From contig OY970208.1 in assembly GCA_963713865.1 (NCBI GenBank), positions 2,240,001 through 2,304,000 on the forward strand: a DNA stretch of 64,000 nt, in the 5' to 3' direction. A program made the position numbers and the translations under genes. The DNA comes from an uncultured candidate division Zixibacteria bacterium. GTDB taxonomy: Bacteria > Zixibacteria > MSB-5A5 > RBG-16-43-9. The notes under the pieces were generated by a model. It saw nothing but the letters and a program-made list of their open reading frames with translations, searched no databases and had not been told where the DNA came from. Positions 1 through 10,038 of the stretch are shown piece by piece (within the stretch, counting starts at the first letter, position 1; the number at the start of each line of letters is the position of its first letter).

Positions 1-2405
1 AGTGGTTTTTCTTTATTCTTTTTTGGCGATGTTCCAAAATGGTATATGAGACCGGCATATAATATCCGAGCATCGCGATTAGCCTTCACGTCACGGTTTA
101 ACCCCGGGGTGCGTAGCTCGATTTTCTGATTACGTGTTTTAAAAATATCCGAAATGGTCAGGATTAATGATAGGTTGTCGTTAAGCAGATTTTGCCGTAC
201 ACCAAAATTCGCCACAAAATTAGCCAGATATTTGCCCTGTGGGGTTAACCTGGCGGATCGATAATACGAGTTCATTTGTAATACTGTACTTGGCCTTAAT
301 TTCAGGTTTATATTAAAATTGCCACTCCAAGAAATAATTGATTTATTTTTGCTAAAGCCAATATTGGAAGCATCGATGGTGTTATAAAAGGCATTGGCGC
401 TTATATCGGCATTTAAATGATTACCCACCGAACCGTTAAAAATCAATTCCAAACCCGCAGATTGATCGCTGGAAAGGTTTCTCGTGGTAGTAAGCAAAAT
501 TGAATCCTGAACCACCTCTGTAACAGAAGTGAAACCATTATAGTTATACCGGTAATAAACAGATGGGGTCATTGAAAAATGCTCATTCTTCAATTGCCAA
601 CCAAATTCGAGGGAATGGATATATTCAGGCAAAAGATGAGGATTACCAGCTCTTATAGTCAATGGATCACTGTATTCGGGAAAAGGATTAAGGTCCTCCC
701 CTTCGGGGCGGTTTGTACGCCGGCTGTAATTGAGCTGTAATTCAGATCTCTCACTTAGCTTATAGGCCAGGTGCAAGGACGGGTAAAGATTTGAATAGTC
801 ATTTCTAAGGGTTGAATCGGTAGTTACCAAATGGGCCTTATTCTGCGCATACTCTAAACGCAGGCCTCCTAAAAGACTAAACTGCCCAAAAGAGTGCTCC
901 AAGGTCCCATATAATGCGTAGATGCTTTCGTCATAGAGAAAACGGTTTGTCTTTGCAATATCGGTTACAAATACCTTCCGGTCATTATCAAAATACTCCG
1001 CATAGAAATCAAAGTCCTGTTTTCTCACTTCACCTGTAAAGCCAGATTCAAAAGTAGAATTTTCGGAGAGGGGATTGGCATATTCTACTGATAGCTGATT
1101 TTGTTTTTCACCCTGTTTGATTAAGGTGTTATCATACGTAGGTATTTGTACCGGGACCAAATAGGTATTGGTATAATGATTATCTTCCTGTTCCGGTTGA
1201 TCGGATATATTATACTCGACATGCAGGTTGTGATCTTTTTTCGCAAATGCATGATTATAGTAAACGGTTGCTTCGTTATCACTTTCATGATCATAGTCGA
1301 GACGGTCGCGGCTGTAGTCACTCGAAATCATGGATTCATTATTTGTAGATGTTTTTCTTGAAGTCTCTGTCCGCGTAGAACCTTTATAAAAGTAATTCCC
1401 GGAAACACCAAAACGATTACTTCCGTCAAGACTGTAATCAATACCCAGTGATGCAATATGTGATAACGGACGGTCAAATGACGCGTCATTCTCATTATAA
1501 TAACTGCCCGTATCATTAGCCTGAGAGTAATACCGCCGGGTATCCATGGAATGGCGATTGCGGTTATCCTTACGCAGTCCATAACTACCGTAAAGATTAA
1601 AATGACCCGGATTGTAGTTTAGACTGATATTCCCGTTATCTCGTTTGCTGACACCGCCATTGGCAGATATGGTACCGCCTAATCCTGTTTGTTTATTCTT
1701 CTTTAAAACAAGATTGATAATTCCGGAAGTTCCGTCTGGATTATATTTGGCTGATGGGTTCGTGATAACTTCAATTCTTTCAATGGAATTTGCAGGCATC
1801 TGCTGCAAAACGTCAGCACGATTCTTGCCCATCAAGGGCGATGTCCGCCCATTGAGCAGGATTAATACATTACTGGAACCCCTTAGGCTGACATTTCCAT
1901 CGATATCTACTGACACAGAAGGAATATTTTGAAGTAACTCACTGGCCGAACCAGCTCTACTCATTATGTCCTTTTCAAGGTTATATACTTTTCGATCAAT
2001 GGAAATATCGAAAGTCGGTTTTTCGCCAGTTACCACGATTCCTTTCAGGAACACTGGGGTTTCCGTCATTGAAAATGTTCCGAGTTCCTGTTTTTTGTCT
2101 TGGGAGTTGATTGAGAAAGCGCCAGAATTGATCTCCGTATACCCGATACAGCTAAAAATTATGTAATAATTACCATCCAGAATATTATTTAGAATAAATT
2201 TGCCTTTCGCATCTGTCGTTGTTCCTGATACGATTGTGCTGTCACCTAGATTGAGTAAGACTACACTGGCATTTCCAATTGGCTGATTAGTCGATTTTAC
2301 TCTGATGGAGCCTGTGACAATGCCCCCATTGGAGCGTTGAGCAAAAACATTACCGGACAATAACACAATACTGACTAAATAAATGACATACTTAAATTTA
2401 TACAT
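1..2405 (-). CDS. TonB-dependent receptor / outer-membrane beta-barrel protein, partial (runs off the window start)
   Basis: Not in the ORF track. Manual translation from ATG 2405 (SD AAGGAG upstream) gives MYKFKYVIYLVSIVLLSGNVFAQ (signal peptide), a CarboxypepD_reg-like domain, and plug motifs DRKVYN..ELLQNIPSVSVDIDGNVSLRGS..IERIEVITNPSAKY. Confidence 0.85.
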   Translation of the reverse strand, partial: MYKFKYVIYLVSIVLLSGNVFAQRSNGGIVTGSIRVKSTNQPIGNASVVLLNLGDSTIVSGTTTDAKGKFILNNILDGNYYIIFSCIGYTEINSGAFSINSQDKKQELGTFSMTETPVFLKGIVVTGEKPTFDISIDRKVYNLEKDIMSRAGSASELLQNIPSVSVDIDGNVSLRGSSNVLILLNGRTSPLMGKNRADVLQQMPANSIERIEVITNPSAKYNPDGTSGIINLVLKKNKQTGLGGTISANGGVSKRDNGNISLNYNPGHFNLYGSYGLRKDNRNRHSMDTRRYYSQANDTGSYYNENDASFDRPLSHIASLGIDYSLDGSNRFGVSGNYFYKGSTRTETSRKTSTNNESMISSDYSRDRLDYDHESDNEATVYYNHAFAKKDHNLHVEYNISDQPEQEDNHYTNTYLVPVQIPTYDNTLIKQGEKQNQLSVEYANPLSENSTFESGFTGEVRKQDFDFYAEYFDNDRKVFVTDIAKTNRFLYDESIYALYGTLEHSFGQFSLLGGLRLEYAQNKAHLVTTDSTLRNDYSNLYPSLHLAYKLSERSELQLNYSRRTNRPEGEDLNPFPEYSDPLTIRAGNPHLLPEYIHSLEFGWQLKNEHFSMTPSVYYRYNYNGFTSVTEVVQDSILLTTTRNLSSDQSAGLELIFNGSVGNHLNADISANAFYNTIDASNIGFSKNKSIISWSGNFNINLKLRPSTVLQMNSYYRSARLTPQGKYLANFVANFGVRQNLLNDNLSLILTISDIFKTRNQKIELRTPGLNRDVKANRDARILYAGLIYHFGTSPKKNKEKP

Positions 2406-2695
2406 ATTCTTCTCCTTCTTGATCATCGGTGAAGTCTGCGTCTTACTGACTTTCGTTGTCCTTCTGTTCGGTTTGGATCTTTCAAAATACCTTCCTGTTA
2501 ACTGAATCGATTTTAAGATCCACTATCTGGATGATAGCCTTTGTTATCTCAACACCATAGACAAGGTAGCAATTTTCATTTTTGTCTTTATTCCTTCCTT
2601 TAATCACCAAATTTTCTTCATATCTTATTATACATTCTACGAGGTATTTTTGTTCTTTACTATTTTTCTTCACTGGATCATGCCCTCAATCACCA

Positions 2696-3739
2696 CTAAT
2701 ATCCAAAGTGCAATTTGATTCCATAATAATCTCGTGAGGCATCAAAACTCATATTGAAGGCTGAAATTGGGCCATCTCGTGGTCCAGGTTTGGAATTATC
2801 CCGAAGTACTTGTCGGGCACACAAATACCCTAAGGCACTTCCAACAACAATATCAGAAAGCCAGTGGGCATCTACAACCATTCTCGAATAAGCAACTGCT
2901 GTCGCTATTGAGTAACTAAGAGCGGGTACAATGTAGTACCTCGGATACTGGTGAGCCAAAACAGTTGCTATGGACCAGATAGCAGATGAATGCCCCGATG
3001 GAAACGACATAAACTGTTTGCCACGTATGTTAGTTTCCCTGGAAAAGATTCCAAATGGTCCGGTCCAATCACTCTCTGGTGCTTCTCGTTGAGAAGGTCG
3101 TTCTCTCCCAGAGCCTACCTTCAATAGGCCGGTCCAAGTTGACGAAGTCGCAAGAGCTTCTGTAACCATAAAAAAGGTTTCTTTTTCCCGCGAAGAATGG
3201 GCTAACCACCCATATGCCCCAAAGCCAACAATTATCGGCATAGCATAGACAGCTTCTCCGTAGGTAGACAACAGTTTTCCCACCTTAATAAGTCCCTTCT
3301 CTTGTAATTCCTCTTTAGGCACAAGGACTGGGAGAGTATTGCGATCAGTAGCTACCAAAGCCCCCACACCAGCAATTACCAAACTAAAACGGACTGGATG
3401 TCTATGAGCGAACTTGACTGGTGTTTTTATCTGTACATCGAAATCTCGCCATAATCTGGCAATTAGGTTATTTCTAAAATGGGGTTCAAGAACATAAGGA
3501 GGTCCTTTATAGGAAGATCTTAAAATGCGAGAGTTTTTATGAGCGACTTCCTCATCCTTTATTGATTTATTCGATAAAAAGAGACTTCCCTCTAAATCTT
3601 CATGAGAATTTATGAACTTTGGATTAAGTAAGGATTCGGTGAGATCGCGAGCATGACATCTCAGGACTCCAATAGAAAAAACAAGGGGAATTAAAAGGAT
3701 TCCGCTTGTCAGCATATGTAAAACAAAATGTCTGATCAT
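2696..3739 (-). CDS. PAP2-family phosphatase
   Basis: PAP2 motifs K-x5-RERP, SFPSGH and SRMVVDAHWLSD. Start uncertain; the ORF track extends to 3820. Confidence 0.8.
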   Translation of the reverse strand: MIRHFVLHMLTSGILLIPLVFSIGVLRCHARDLTESLLNPKFINSHEDLEGSLFLSNKSIKDEEVAHKNSRILRSSYKGPPYVLEPHFRNNLIARLWRDFDVQIKTPVKFAHRHPVRFSLVIAGVGALVATDRNTLPVLVPKEELQEKGLIKVGKLLSTYGEAVYAMPIIVGFGAYGWLAHSSREKETFFMVTEALATSSTWTGLLKVGSGRERPSQREAPESDWTGPFGIFSRETNIRGKQFMSFPSGHSSAIWSIATVLAHQYPRYYIVPALSYSIATAVAYSRMVVDAHWLSDIVVGSALGYLCARQVLRDNSKPGPRDGPISAFNMSFDASRDYYGIKLHFGY

Positions 3740-3852
3740 TGTTTTAATGGAGTCAAGAGTATGTGGAATTAAGAATAATAAAAGGCATTTTCTTATCATG
3801 ATTAGTTGAAATAATTCCAAAAACAGCCAATGTCAATAAATTTCATGCATTT

Positions 3853-4015
3853 GTAGGGGTACGGCGTGCCGTGCCCCTACTATATTTTTCTGATGGTAGA
3901 GAAGTATTGCCATACATCTCTAAACCTGAATCTTTAGAAATGCTCGATAAGAAAATCCTTTTTTTATTTTTTATGTAGGGCAAGGTTTTGTCCGCCAGAG
4001 GCGGATTAACCTTGC
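3853..4015. repeat. Cluster of GTAG-type REP-like palindromes (3853-3880, 3896-3922, 3975-4015)
   Basis: GTAGGGGTACGGCGTGCCGTGCCCCTAC and relatives. The third copy carries a 15-nt hairpin in its loop. Confidence 0.85.
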
Positions 4016-4025
4016 ATTTTTTCGA

Positions 4026-4298
4026 TTATTTCTTTTCCCAGTACTTATCCGCTTCTTTTTCCATTTTTTTAAGTCTGGTATAATAATCCGGGAATTCATT
4101 CAAGTGAGCCAGGGCGATCATCCCGGTCAGTATCGGATGATCATTGGTAACATTCGTGTGGGTATCAACTAATCCATGTTCCAATTCCACGTCCAGCCCC
4201 ATCCTGAACTGCTCCATATCAAACTTTTTCCAATCGATCCCCAGGACTTTACCAATTTTTTTTGCTTCTATGGCAGAAAATTTTTTCCTCTTCTTCAT
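4026..4298 (-). CDS. Small conserved hypothetical protein (DUF5661-like)
   Basis: Motif G-x-DVELEHG...IALAHLNEFPDYY. Start placed at the ATG behind the SD AGGGAG. Confidence 0.7.
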   Translation of the reverse strand: MKKRKKFSAIEAKKIGKVLGIDWKKFDMEQFRMGLDVELEHGLVDTHTNVTNDHPILTGMIALAHLNEFPDYYTRLKKMEKEADKYWEKK

Positions 4299-4384
4299 TT
4301 CATCTCCCTTTTTAAAAGTCTCTTTTAGAGGCAAGGTCATCCGATGTTGGCGGACCGTGCCCCTTCTTTAACAAAAATCCTTTT

Positions 4385-4930
4385 TTACTTCTTATCTTTG
4401 TTTAGCTGTTCCTTTTTCTTGAGATATTCCTCAAAACTTAATGTTTTATACCAGTTGTCCGCTAAGTAGGAAAGGACATCCGCGAAATTCTTAGCATCCC
4501 GGTATCCTATCAGGGAAGAGATTTTTTCCGCATTTGGCTCTAAAAACCAGATGGTGGGAAATCCTCTTACCCCGAACCTGGAGGTAAGCTCCCTCTCGGT
4601 GATATTAGCTTTATCCACCAGGATAGAATTCTTGGACTCTCCATTCACCGTAACCGAAATGAAGCTTTTAGCCAGGATTTTCTTTATATCTTCATCCTTA
4701 TAAGTGTAATTGTTCATTTTCTTACAGTATCCGCACCAGTCAGTATAGAAGAAAACCATTATCTTTTTCTTCTCTTTTACCGCCTGTTTTAACCCCTGGT
4801 CATATTTAAGCCAGTTGATAGCGGCAGGATTAACTTTTGGGGGCGCAGGTTTCTGTGCAGAAATATTTAAACTGAACAGGAAAAAAAGTAAAAGGGTAAA
4901 AGGGGTGAGTCTTTTTGCAATACTGGACAT
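4385..4930 (-). CDS. Exported thioredoxin-fold protein (SoxW/thioredoxin-related)
   Basis: Signal peptide, WCGYC active site, cis-Pro motif GFPT, SD GAGGAG. Confidence 0.85.
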   Translation of the reverse strand: MSSIAKRLTPFTLLLFFLFSLNISAQKPAPPKVNPAAINWLKYDQGLKQAVKEKKKIMVFFYTDWCGYCKKMNNYTYKDEDIKKILAKSFISVTVNGESKNSILVDKANITERELTSRFGVRGFPTIWFLEPNAEKISSLIGYRDAKNFADVLSYLADNWYKTLSFEEYLKKKEQLNKDKK

Positions 4931-5071
4931 AATCTCTCCTCGATAAGAAGTTCAAAGTTATAGTTTTTACGATTTGGATAAATCCTGCGTTTGCCTGAGT
5001 AGTTTTCTAATTTTCTTCCAGATCAAGAATTTTGTATACCCACGCTGTCCACAACGTGGGGAGATATTCCC

Positions 5072-5238
5072 GTAGGGGCAGACCCCCGAGTCTGCCCCTA
5101 TTATCCTGGGCGAGCACAGGGGCTCGCCCCTACAATTGTCTTCCCTCTCCTGAGAGGAGAGGGTTAGGGTGAAAATCCCGCCACAGGCGGGGGTGAAGTC
5201 TCATTTTTTATCCGTCATTCGTCATCAGTCATCCATCA
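5072..5238. repeat. REP doublet (5072-5100, 5108-5133), CCCTCTCC-type element (5143-5198) and 7-bp tandem array (5211-5238)
   Basis: Inverted GTAGGGGC...GCCCCTAC hairpins; CCCTCTCCTGAGAGGAGAGGG; TCCGTCA TTCGTCA TCAGTCA TCCATCA. Confidence 0.8.
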
Positions 5239-5253
5239 TTCTTGATCTCTTAT

Positions 5254-6066
5254 TCACATAAACCATTTTTTCGTATGATGCACCACATCCCCAAACTTCT
5301 TCATAAACTCCATATCCTCTTCGGAAAGCGGACCCAGACGAAGCGATAAAATATTTTCCTGAAGCTGTTTCAAATTGGTAGGTGAGGTCAGGCAAACATC
5401 CACGTTCGGATTTGAAAGGACAAAGCGATAGCACATTCCAGGAGTGGGAATACGCTCATCTTTGGGCCAGCCTTTAGGTTTTCTAATAAGATACCGCCAG
5501 CGTGTTGCAGTATAGCTAATTACTCCCGGATTATGTTGTTCCAGAAAAGGAAATATATCTTGCTCTGCTCCCCGGTGAGCCGCATTATATCTCATCATTA
5601 TAACGTCAATTGCACCCTCAGCACAGAGTTTGCCAGCAAACTTCCGGTTGTGAGTGGAGATACCCATTCCTCTCACTTTACCCTCCTCTCTAAGACGGTA
5701 AAGCTCCTCCCTGACCTTTTCAGGAAAATGCTTTTCCTTGGTCACACCTAAAAAAAGAAAACAATCTATATAATCCGTTCTCAACTGCCTGAGCCTTTTC
5801 TCTAAGGTGCGTTTAGGATTCGTATGCCCCCACAGCAGATTATACGCCCCGGTACAGATGACATACTTTTCCCGGTTGTTTCTCATAACATCCCGCAGAA
5901 CACTTATCATCTGATTGTCAATACCAAAGAAGAAGAAAAAATTCATCCCCTCATCTATGGCTTTATAAATAGTTTCCTTGCCCGGACGGTAAGTAGCAGA
6001 AAGCCCCAATCGGTGGACAGGAATACCGGTTTTTCCAAGTGTGGTATGGGTGAAATTTTGAGTCAT
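5254..6066 (-). CDS. Aldo/keto reductase family protein
   Basis: N-terminal LGKTG..LGL, L-x-QLRTDYID and GKVRGMGISTH motifs. Confidence 0.8.
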   Translation of the reverse strand: MTQNFTHTTLGKTGIPVHRLGLSATYRPGKETIYKAIDEGMNFFFFFGIDNQMISVLRDVMRNNREKYVICTGAYNLLWGHTNPKRTLEKRLRQLRTDYIDCFLFLGVTKEKHFPEKVREELYRLREEGKVRGMGISTHNRKFAGKLCAEGAIDVIMMRYNAAHRGAEQDIFPFLEQHNPGVISYTATRWRYLIRKPKGWPKDERIPTPGMCYRFVLSNPNVDVCLTSPTNLKQLQENILSLRLGPLSEEDMEFMKKFGDVVHHTKKWFM

Positions 6067-6084
6067 AAATTATTCTTTAAAATA

Positions 6085-6171
6085 GTGGGATAGGCTTCCA
6101 GCCTGTCCTGCACAGGTCAGGAGACCTGTGCCACCGTGCACATTCCGGAGACGCATTCGATGCGTCTCTAC
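6085..6171. repeat. REP-like palindromes; the last one overlaps the dnaE stop codon
   Basis: GTGGGATAGGCTTCCAGCCTGTC / ACAGGTCAGGAGACCTGTGCCAC doublet, and GTAGAGACGCATCGAATGCGTCTCC on the minus strand. Confidence 0.8.
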
Positions 6172-9100
6172 TTCATATTCTGCGAAAGATACAGATTCTC
6201 CTCACCCAATAAATGCGTCAGCTTTTCCAAAAGCTCTTTGGAAAGCTGGATTTTATTATTCTTCAGCCTGACTTTTATCTCCTCAAACTCATACAGACAA
6301 TGCAGGAGCACTGGCGATTCTCCCGGATGAAAGCTCAAAAGTTCTTTTAGCCGGTCAATAAAATCCTTATCCACACTGGTGGGAAAAACCTTAAGATGTA
6401 AAACCGGTTTGATCTCCTGATATATTTTGCTCAAGAGGTAAATCTCCGAGGCAATCAGCTTGGGTTTCTCCTGCTCTTTGGTAGAAGCTCTGCCGTAAAT
6501 CAAAACCATAGCATCTGCCTTTAAAACTTTTTTATTCTTCTCAAAGCAATCTGAAAATATTACCACTTCAACCGTGCCTAAGAAATCTTCTAAGGTCACA
6601 AAAGCCATCTGCTTCCCCTTTTTGTCGATATTCATCTTCAGATTGGTGATCAACCCTCCCAAACTCACCTGTTCCCCGTCTTTTACCCCTTCCAGGCTCT
6701 CCGTAGTCTGATTGGCAAAGCTCTTAAGCTCCAGCTCATATTTTGACAGGGGATGACCGGAAAAATAAAAACCCAGGATCTCTTTTTCTTTGGAAAGTAT
6801 CTCACCTATATGCCATTTGGGGACCTCAGGCAGCTTTGGCTCAATCCCGAACTCGTTATTATCCGTCTTTTGTTCTGCGGATCCATTCTCCAAGCTGAAT
6901 AAAGAAGTCTGCCCTTTAGCTTTCTCCTTTTGAAAAGTCTCCCCATAGCTTAAAGCCTTATCAACTGAAGCTATCAGCTGCGCCCTGTGTCCCTCTAAGG
7001 AATCAAAAGCTCCTGCCTGGATCAGACTTTCTAAAGCCCTCTTATTCAGCTTCCTCGCATCGACTTTCTGGGAAAAATCGAATATCGATTTGAACTCCCC
7101 AGCTCTTTCCCGTGCCTGCACAATCGCCTGAATAACCGATTCACCTACGTTCTTAACTGCTCCCAAACCAAACCTGATCTTTTTCCCCGCCACTTTGAAA
7201 TCACCGCTGCCCTGATTCACATCCGGCGGCAGAAGTGAAATCCCCATCTTTTTACATTCTTCCATCAGGACCACTATGCGGCTGGAATCCCCGATTTCTG
7301 AGGAAAGGGAGGCAGCCATAAACTCCAGGGGAAAATGAGCTTTCAGATAGGCGGTCTGGTAGGCTAAATAGGCATAACCCACGCTGTGGGCTTTGTTAAA
7401 ACCATACCGGGCAAATGTAGCCATATAATCGAAAACCCTGTCTGCGACCTTTTCATCTATCCCTTTAGATTTAGCCCCGGCCATGAACTCATTTCTCTGC
7501 TCCGCCATTACCTCTGCCTGTTTTTTACCCATTGCCTTTCTCAGTATATCTGCCTTGCCCAGGGAGTAGCCGGCCAGGTCGCTGGCAATCTTCAAGACCT
7601 GCTCCTGATAAACGATTACCCCGTAAGTCTCTTTTAAAATCGGTTCTAAAATCGGATGTTCATATACTATCTTTTTCCGTCCCCTTTTTCTATCGATATA
7701 CTCATCGATCATATAGCTGTCCAGAGGCCCGGGACGATATAAGGCATTCATCGCGGTAAGGTCTTCCAGCGATTCGGGTTTGAGCTTGCGCAGATAATCT
7801 CTCATCCCGGAGCTCTCGAACTGGAATATTCCAACGGTCTGGCCATTGGAGAAAAGCTCGAATACCTTTTCATCGTCCAGAGGGACGGAATTTATATCCA
7901 GTTGTTTTTTCTTCTCCTCCTTTAAAAGCCTGAGGGTATCATCGATAACCGTAAGGGTACGTAATCCCAAAAAATCCATCTTCAAAAGCCCGATCTCCTC
8001 AATTCCTTTCATGTCGAACTGGGTGGTAATCTCGTCTTTGTTAGTTTTATATAGAGGGACGAAATCGGTTAGCTTAGATGGGGCGATGACCACTCCTGCG
8101 GCATGGGTGGAGGCATGTCTGGTCAATCCTTCCAGGGTTTTCGAATAGGAGATCAGCTTCTCTATTCGCGGATCCTCAGTCGCTAATTTTTTAAAATCAC
8201 GTTCTAACTCTAAAGCCCTTTCTAAGGTCATATCCGGCTCCATCGGGATCATCTTGGCAATCTTATCCACTTCCGAATAAGGCAGCCCCATAACCCGGCC
8301 CACATCCCTGACCACTGCCCTGGCTGCCATCGTGCCGAAGGTGATTATCTGGGCAACATTCTGCTCCCCATATTTATTGACCACATATTTGATGATTTTA
8401 TCCCTTCCTTTATCCGAGAAATCTATATCTATATCCGGAAGGGAAATCCTCTCCGGATTCAGAAACCTCTCGAACAGGAGTCCGTATTTTATCGGGTCGA
8501 TATTGGTTATCCCCAGACAATAGGAGACTAAGCTTCCTGCGGCAGACCCTCTTCCCGGACCAACCGGGATATTATTACTCTTGGCATAATCTATGAAATC
8601 TTTGACCACTAAAAAGTAGCCCGCAAACCCCATCTGTTTGATGACTTTTAATTCATCTTCCATTCTTTTTTGCAATTCTATGGTTTTGTGAGGATACCTT
8701 TTTTCAAAACCTTTCTGAACCAAAAACTCCAGGTAAGCATCCAAATTATCGTAACCTTCAGGCAGGGGGAAATGAGGAAGATAAGTTTTATCGAACTCTA
8801 ATTCCAAGTTACACTCCTCTGCAATCTTCAAGGTATTCTGTAAGGCATCCGGGACTTCCTTAAATAGTTCTTTCATCTCCTCTGGAGATTTTAAGTAAAG
8901 CTGGTCTGTGCCAAATCTCATCCGGTCAGCATCTTCCATCTTTTTGCCGGTCTGGATGCAGAGCAGGGCATCATGCGCTAAATAATCCTCCCTTTTAAGA
9001 TAATGGCAATCATTGGTGCAGACCAGAGGGATTCCGGTTTCCGAAGAGAGTTGAATCAAAAGACCTTTTGATTTTTTCTCATCCTCTAAATCGTGGTCCT

Positions 9101-9638
9101 GCAGTTCCAGATAAAAGTTTCCCGCTCCAAAAATCTCGTTATATTCTAAGGCAACCTCTTTAGCTTTCCTGTAATTATCATTCAGTAATAGATAAGGTAT
9201 CTCCCCTTTCAAACAACTGGAAAGCCCGATGAGTCCCTCGCTGTATTTCTTTAAAACCATCTTATCTATCCTGGGTTTATGATAAAAACCATCTAAGTAT
9301 CCGGTTGTGGATAACTGGATAAGGTTTTTATATCCGACCAGATTTTTCACCAGCAGGATCAGGTGAAAACCGGTATCAGGCATCCCTCTTATTGGCTCTT
9401 TTTTGGTCCTGTCTTCTGGAGCGACATACACTTCAGAACCGATTATCGGTTTTATGCCGCAGTTTAAGGCTTTTTTATAAAACTCTATGGTCCCGAACAT
9501 ATTCCCGTGATCAGTAATAGCCAGGGCTGGAAGCCGGTATTCCTTAGCTAAGGCTAAGAGCTCGTCTATTTTACAGGCACCATCTAAGAGACTATACTGA
9601 GTATGATTATGCAGGTGAACAAAATCGGAATGTTTCAT
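6168..9638 (-). CDS. dnaE: DNA polymerase III alpha subunit
   Basis: PHP motif HLHNHTQYSLLDG, GRGSAAGS, catalytic PDIDID, clamp motif QTSLF and OB fold. No intein seen. Confidence 0.98.
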   Translation of the reverse strand: MKHSDFVHLHNHTQYSLLDGACKIDELLALAKEYRLPALAITDHGNMFGTIEFYKKALNCGIKPIIGSEVYVAPEDRTKKEPIRGMPDTGFHLILLVKNLVGYKNLIQLSTTGYLDGFYHKPRIDKMVLKKYSEGLIGLSSCLKGEIPYLLLNDNYRKAKEVALEYNEIFGAGNFYLELQDHDLEDEKKSKGLLIQLSSETGIPLVCTNDCHYLKREDYLAHDALLCIQTGKKMEDADRMRFGTDQLYLKSPEEMKELFKEVPDALQNTLKIAEECNLELEFDKTYLPHFPLPEGYDNLDAYLEFLVQKGFEKRYPHKTIELQKRMEDELKVIKQMGFAGYFLVVKDFIDYAKSNNIPVGPGRGSAAGSLVSYCLGITNIDPIKYGLLFERFLNPERISLPDIDIDFSDKGRDKIIKYVVNKYGEQNVAQIITFGTMAARAVVRDVGRVMGLPYSEVDKIAKMIPMEPDMTLERALELERDFKKLATEDPRIEKLISYSKTLEGLTRHASTHAAGVVIAPSKLTDFVPLYKTNKDEITTQFDMKGIEEIGLLKMDFLGLRTLTVIDDTLRLLKEEKKKQLDINSVPLDDEKVFELFSNGQTVGIFQFESSGMRDYLRKLKPESLEDLTAMNALYRPGPLDSYMIDEYIDRKRGRKKIVYEHPILEPILKETYGVIVYQEQVLKIASDLAGYSLGKADILRKAMGKKQAEVMAEQRNEFMAGAKSKGIDEKVADRVFDYMATFARYGFNKAHSVGYAYLAYQTAYLKAHFPLEFMAASLSSEIGDSSRIVVLMEECKKMGISLLPPDVNQGSGDFKVAGKKIRFGLGAVKNVGESVIQAIVQARERAGEFKSIFDFSQKVDARKLNKRALESLIQAGAFDSLEGHRAQLIASVDKALSYGETFQKEKAKGQTSLFSLENGSAEQKTDNNEFGIEPKLPEVPKWHIGEILSKEKEILGFYFSGHPLSKYELELKSFANQTTESLEGVKDGEQVSLGGLITNLKMNIDKKGKQMAFVTLEDFLGTVEVVIFSDCFEKNKKVLKADAMVLIYGRASTKEQEKPKLIASEIYLLSKIYQEIKPVLHLKVFPTSVDKDFIDRLKELLSFHPGESPVLLHCLYEFEEIKVRLKNNKIQLSKELLEKLTHLLGEENLYLSQNMK

Positions 9639-9656
9639 AATTTTACTCTCTCTGCT

Positions 9657-9906
9657 GGGACAGGGGTTATATCCCTATCCCTTCTCATGTAAACAGATGT
9701 ATGGGCAGGGTCACCCCGTCCTAACGTTGGGCGAGGGAACCTCGCCCCTACAAAATCTCACCCTCATTTATCTATTCTATGGAATAACAAAAAAAAAGCA
9801 ATAGAAAATTATAAGACGGTATTGAAATTATTTAGTGAATTTTGGAGTGCAAACCTTTCCTATCCTACGGAGGCTTGCTCCGGATCTGTTTCAGAATAGG
9901 TTTGCT
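9657..9906. repeat. REP-like cluster (9657-9751) and interrupted REP (9844-9906)
   Basis: GGGCGAGGGAACCTCGCCCCTAC; GCAAACCT...AGGTTTGC with an internal TCCTACGGAGGCTTGCTCC insert. Confidence 0.7.
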
Positions 9907-10038
9907 GAAAATTTTATTCATTTCACAATTTATAAAAGGTAAAGCTATACGCCTTTGATGGATACACCCCATTATCCTTCCTTAGAAATCTTTGTTTTAA
10001 ATTTGACAAACTGGACTAAAACCATTTATTAATAAATT

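Noticed and set aside
1121-2166. Five short ORFs from the track (1121-2166)
   Set aside because: Shadow frames of the TonB-dependent receptor gene that runs off the window edge.
2482-2673. 63-aa ORF between the PAP2 and receptor genes
   Set aside because: GTG start, no SD and no recognisable motif; cannot be supported.
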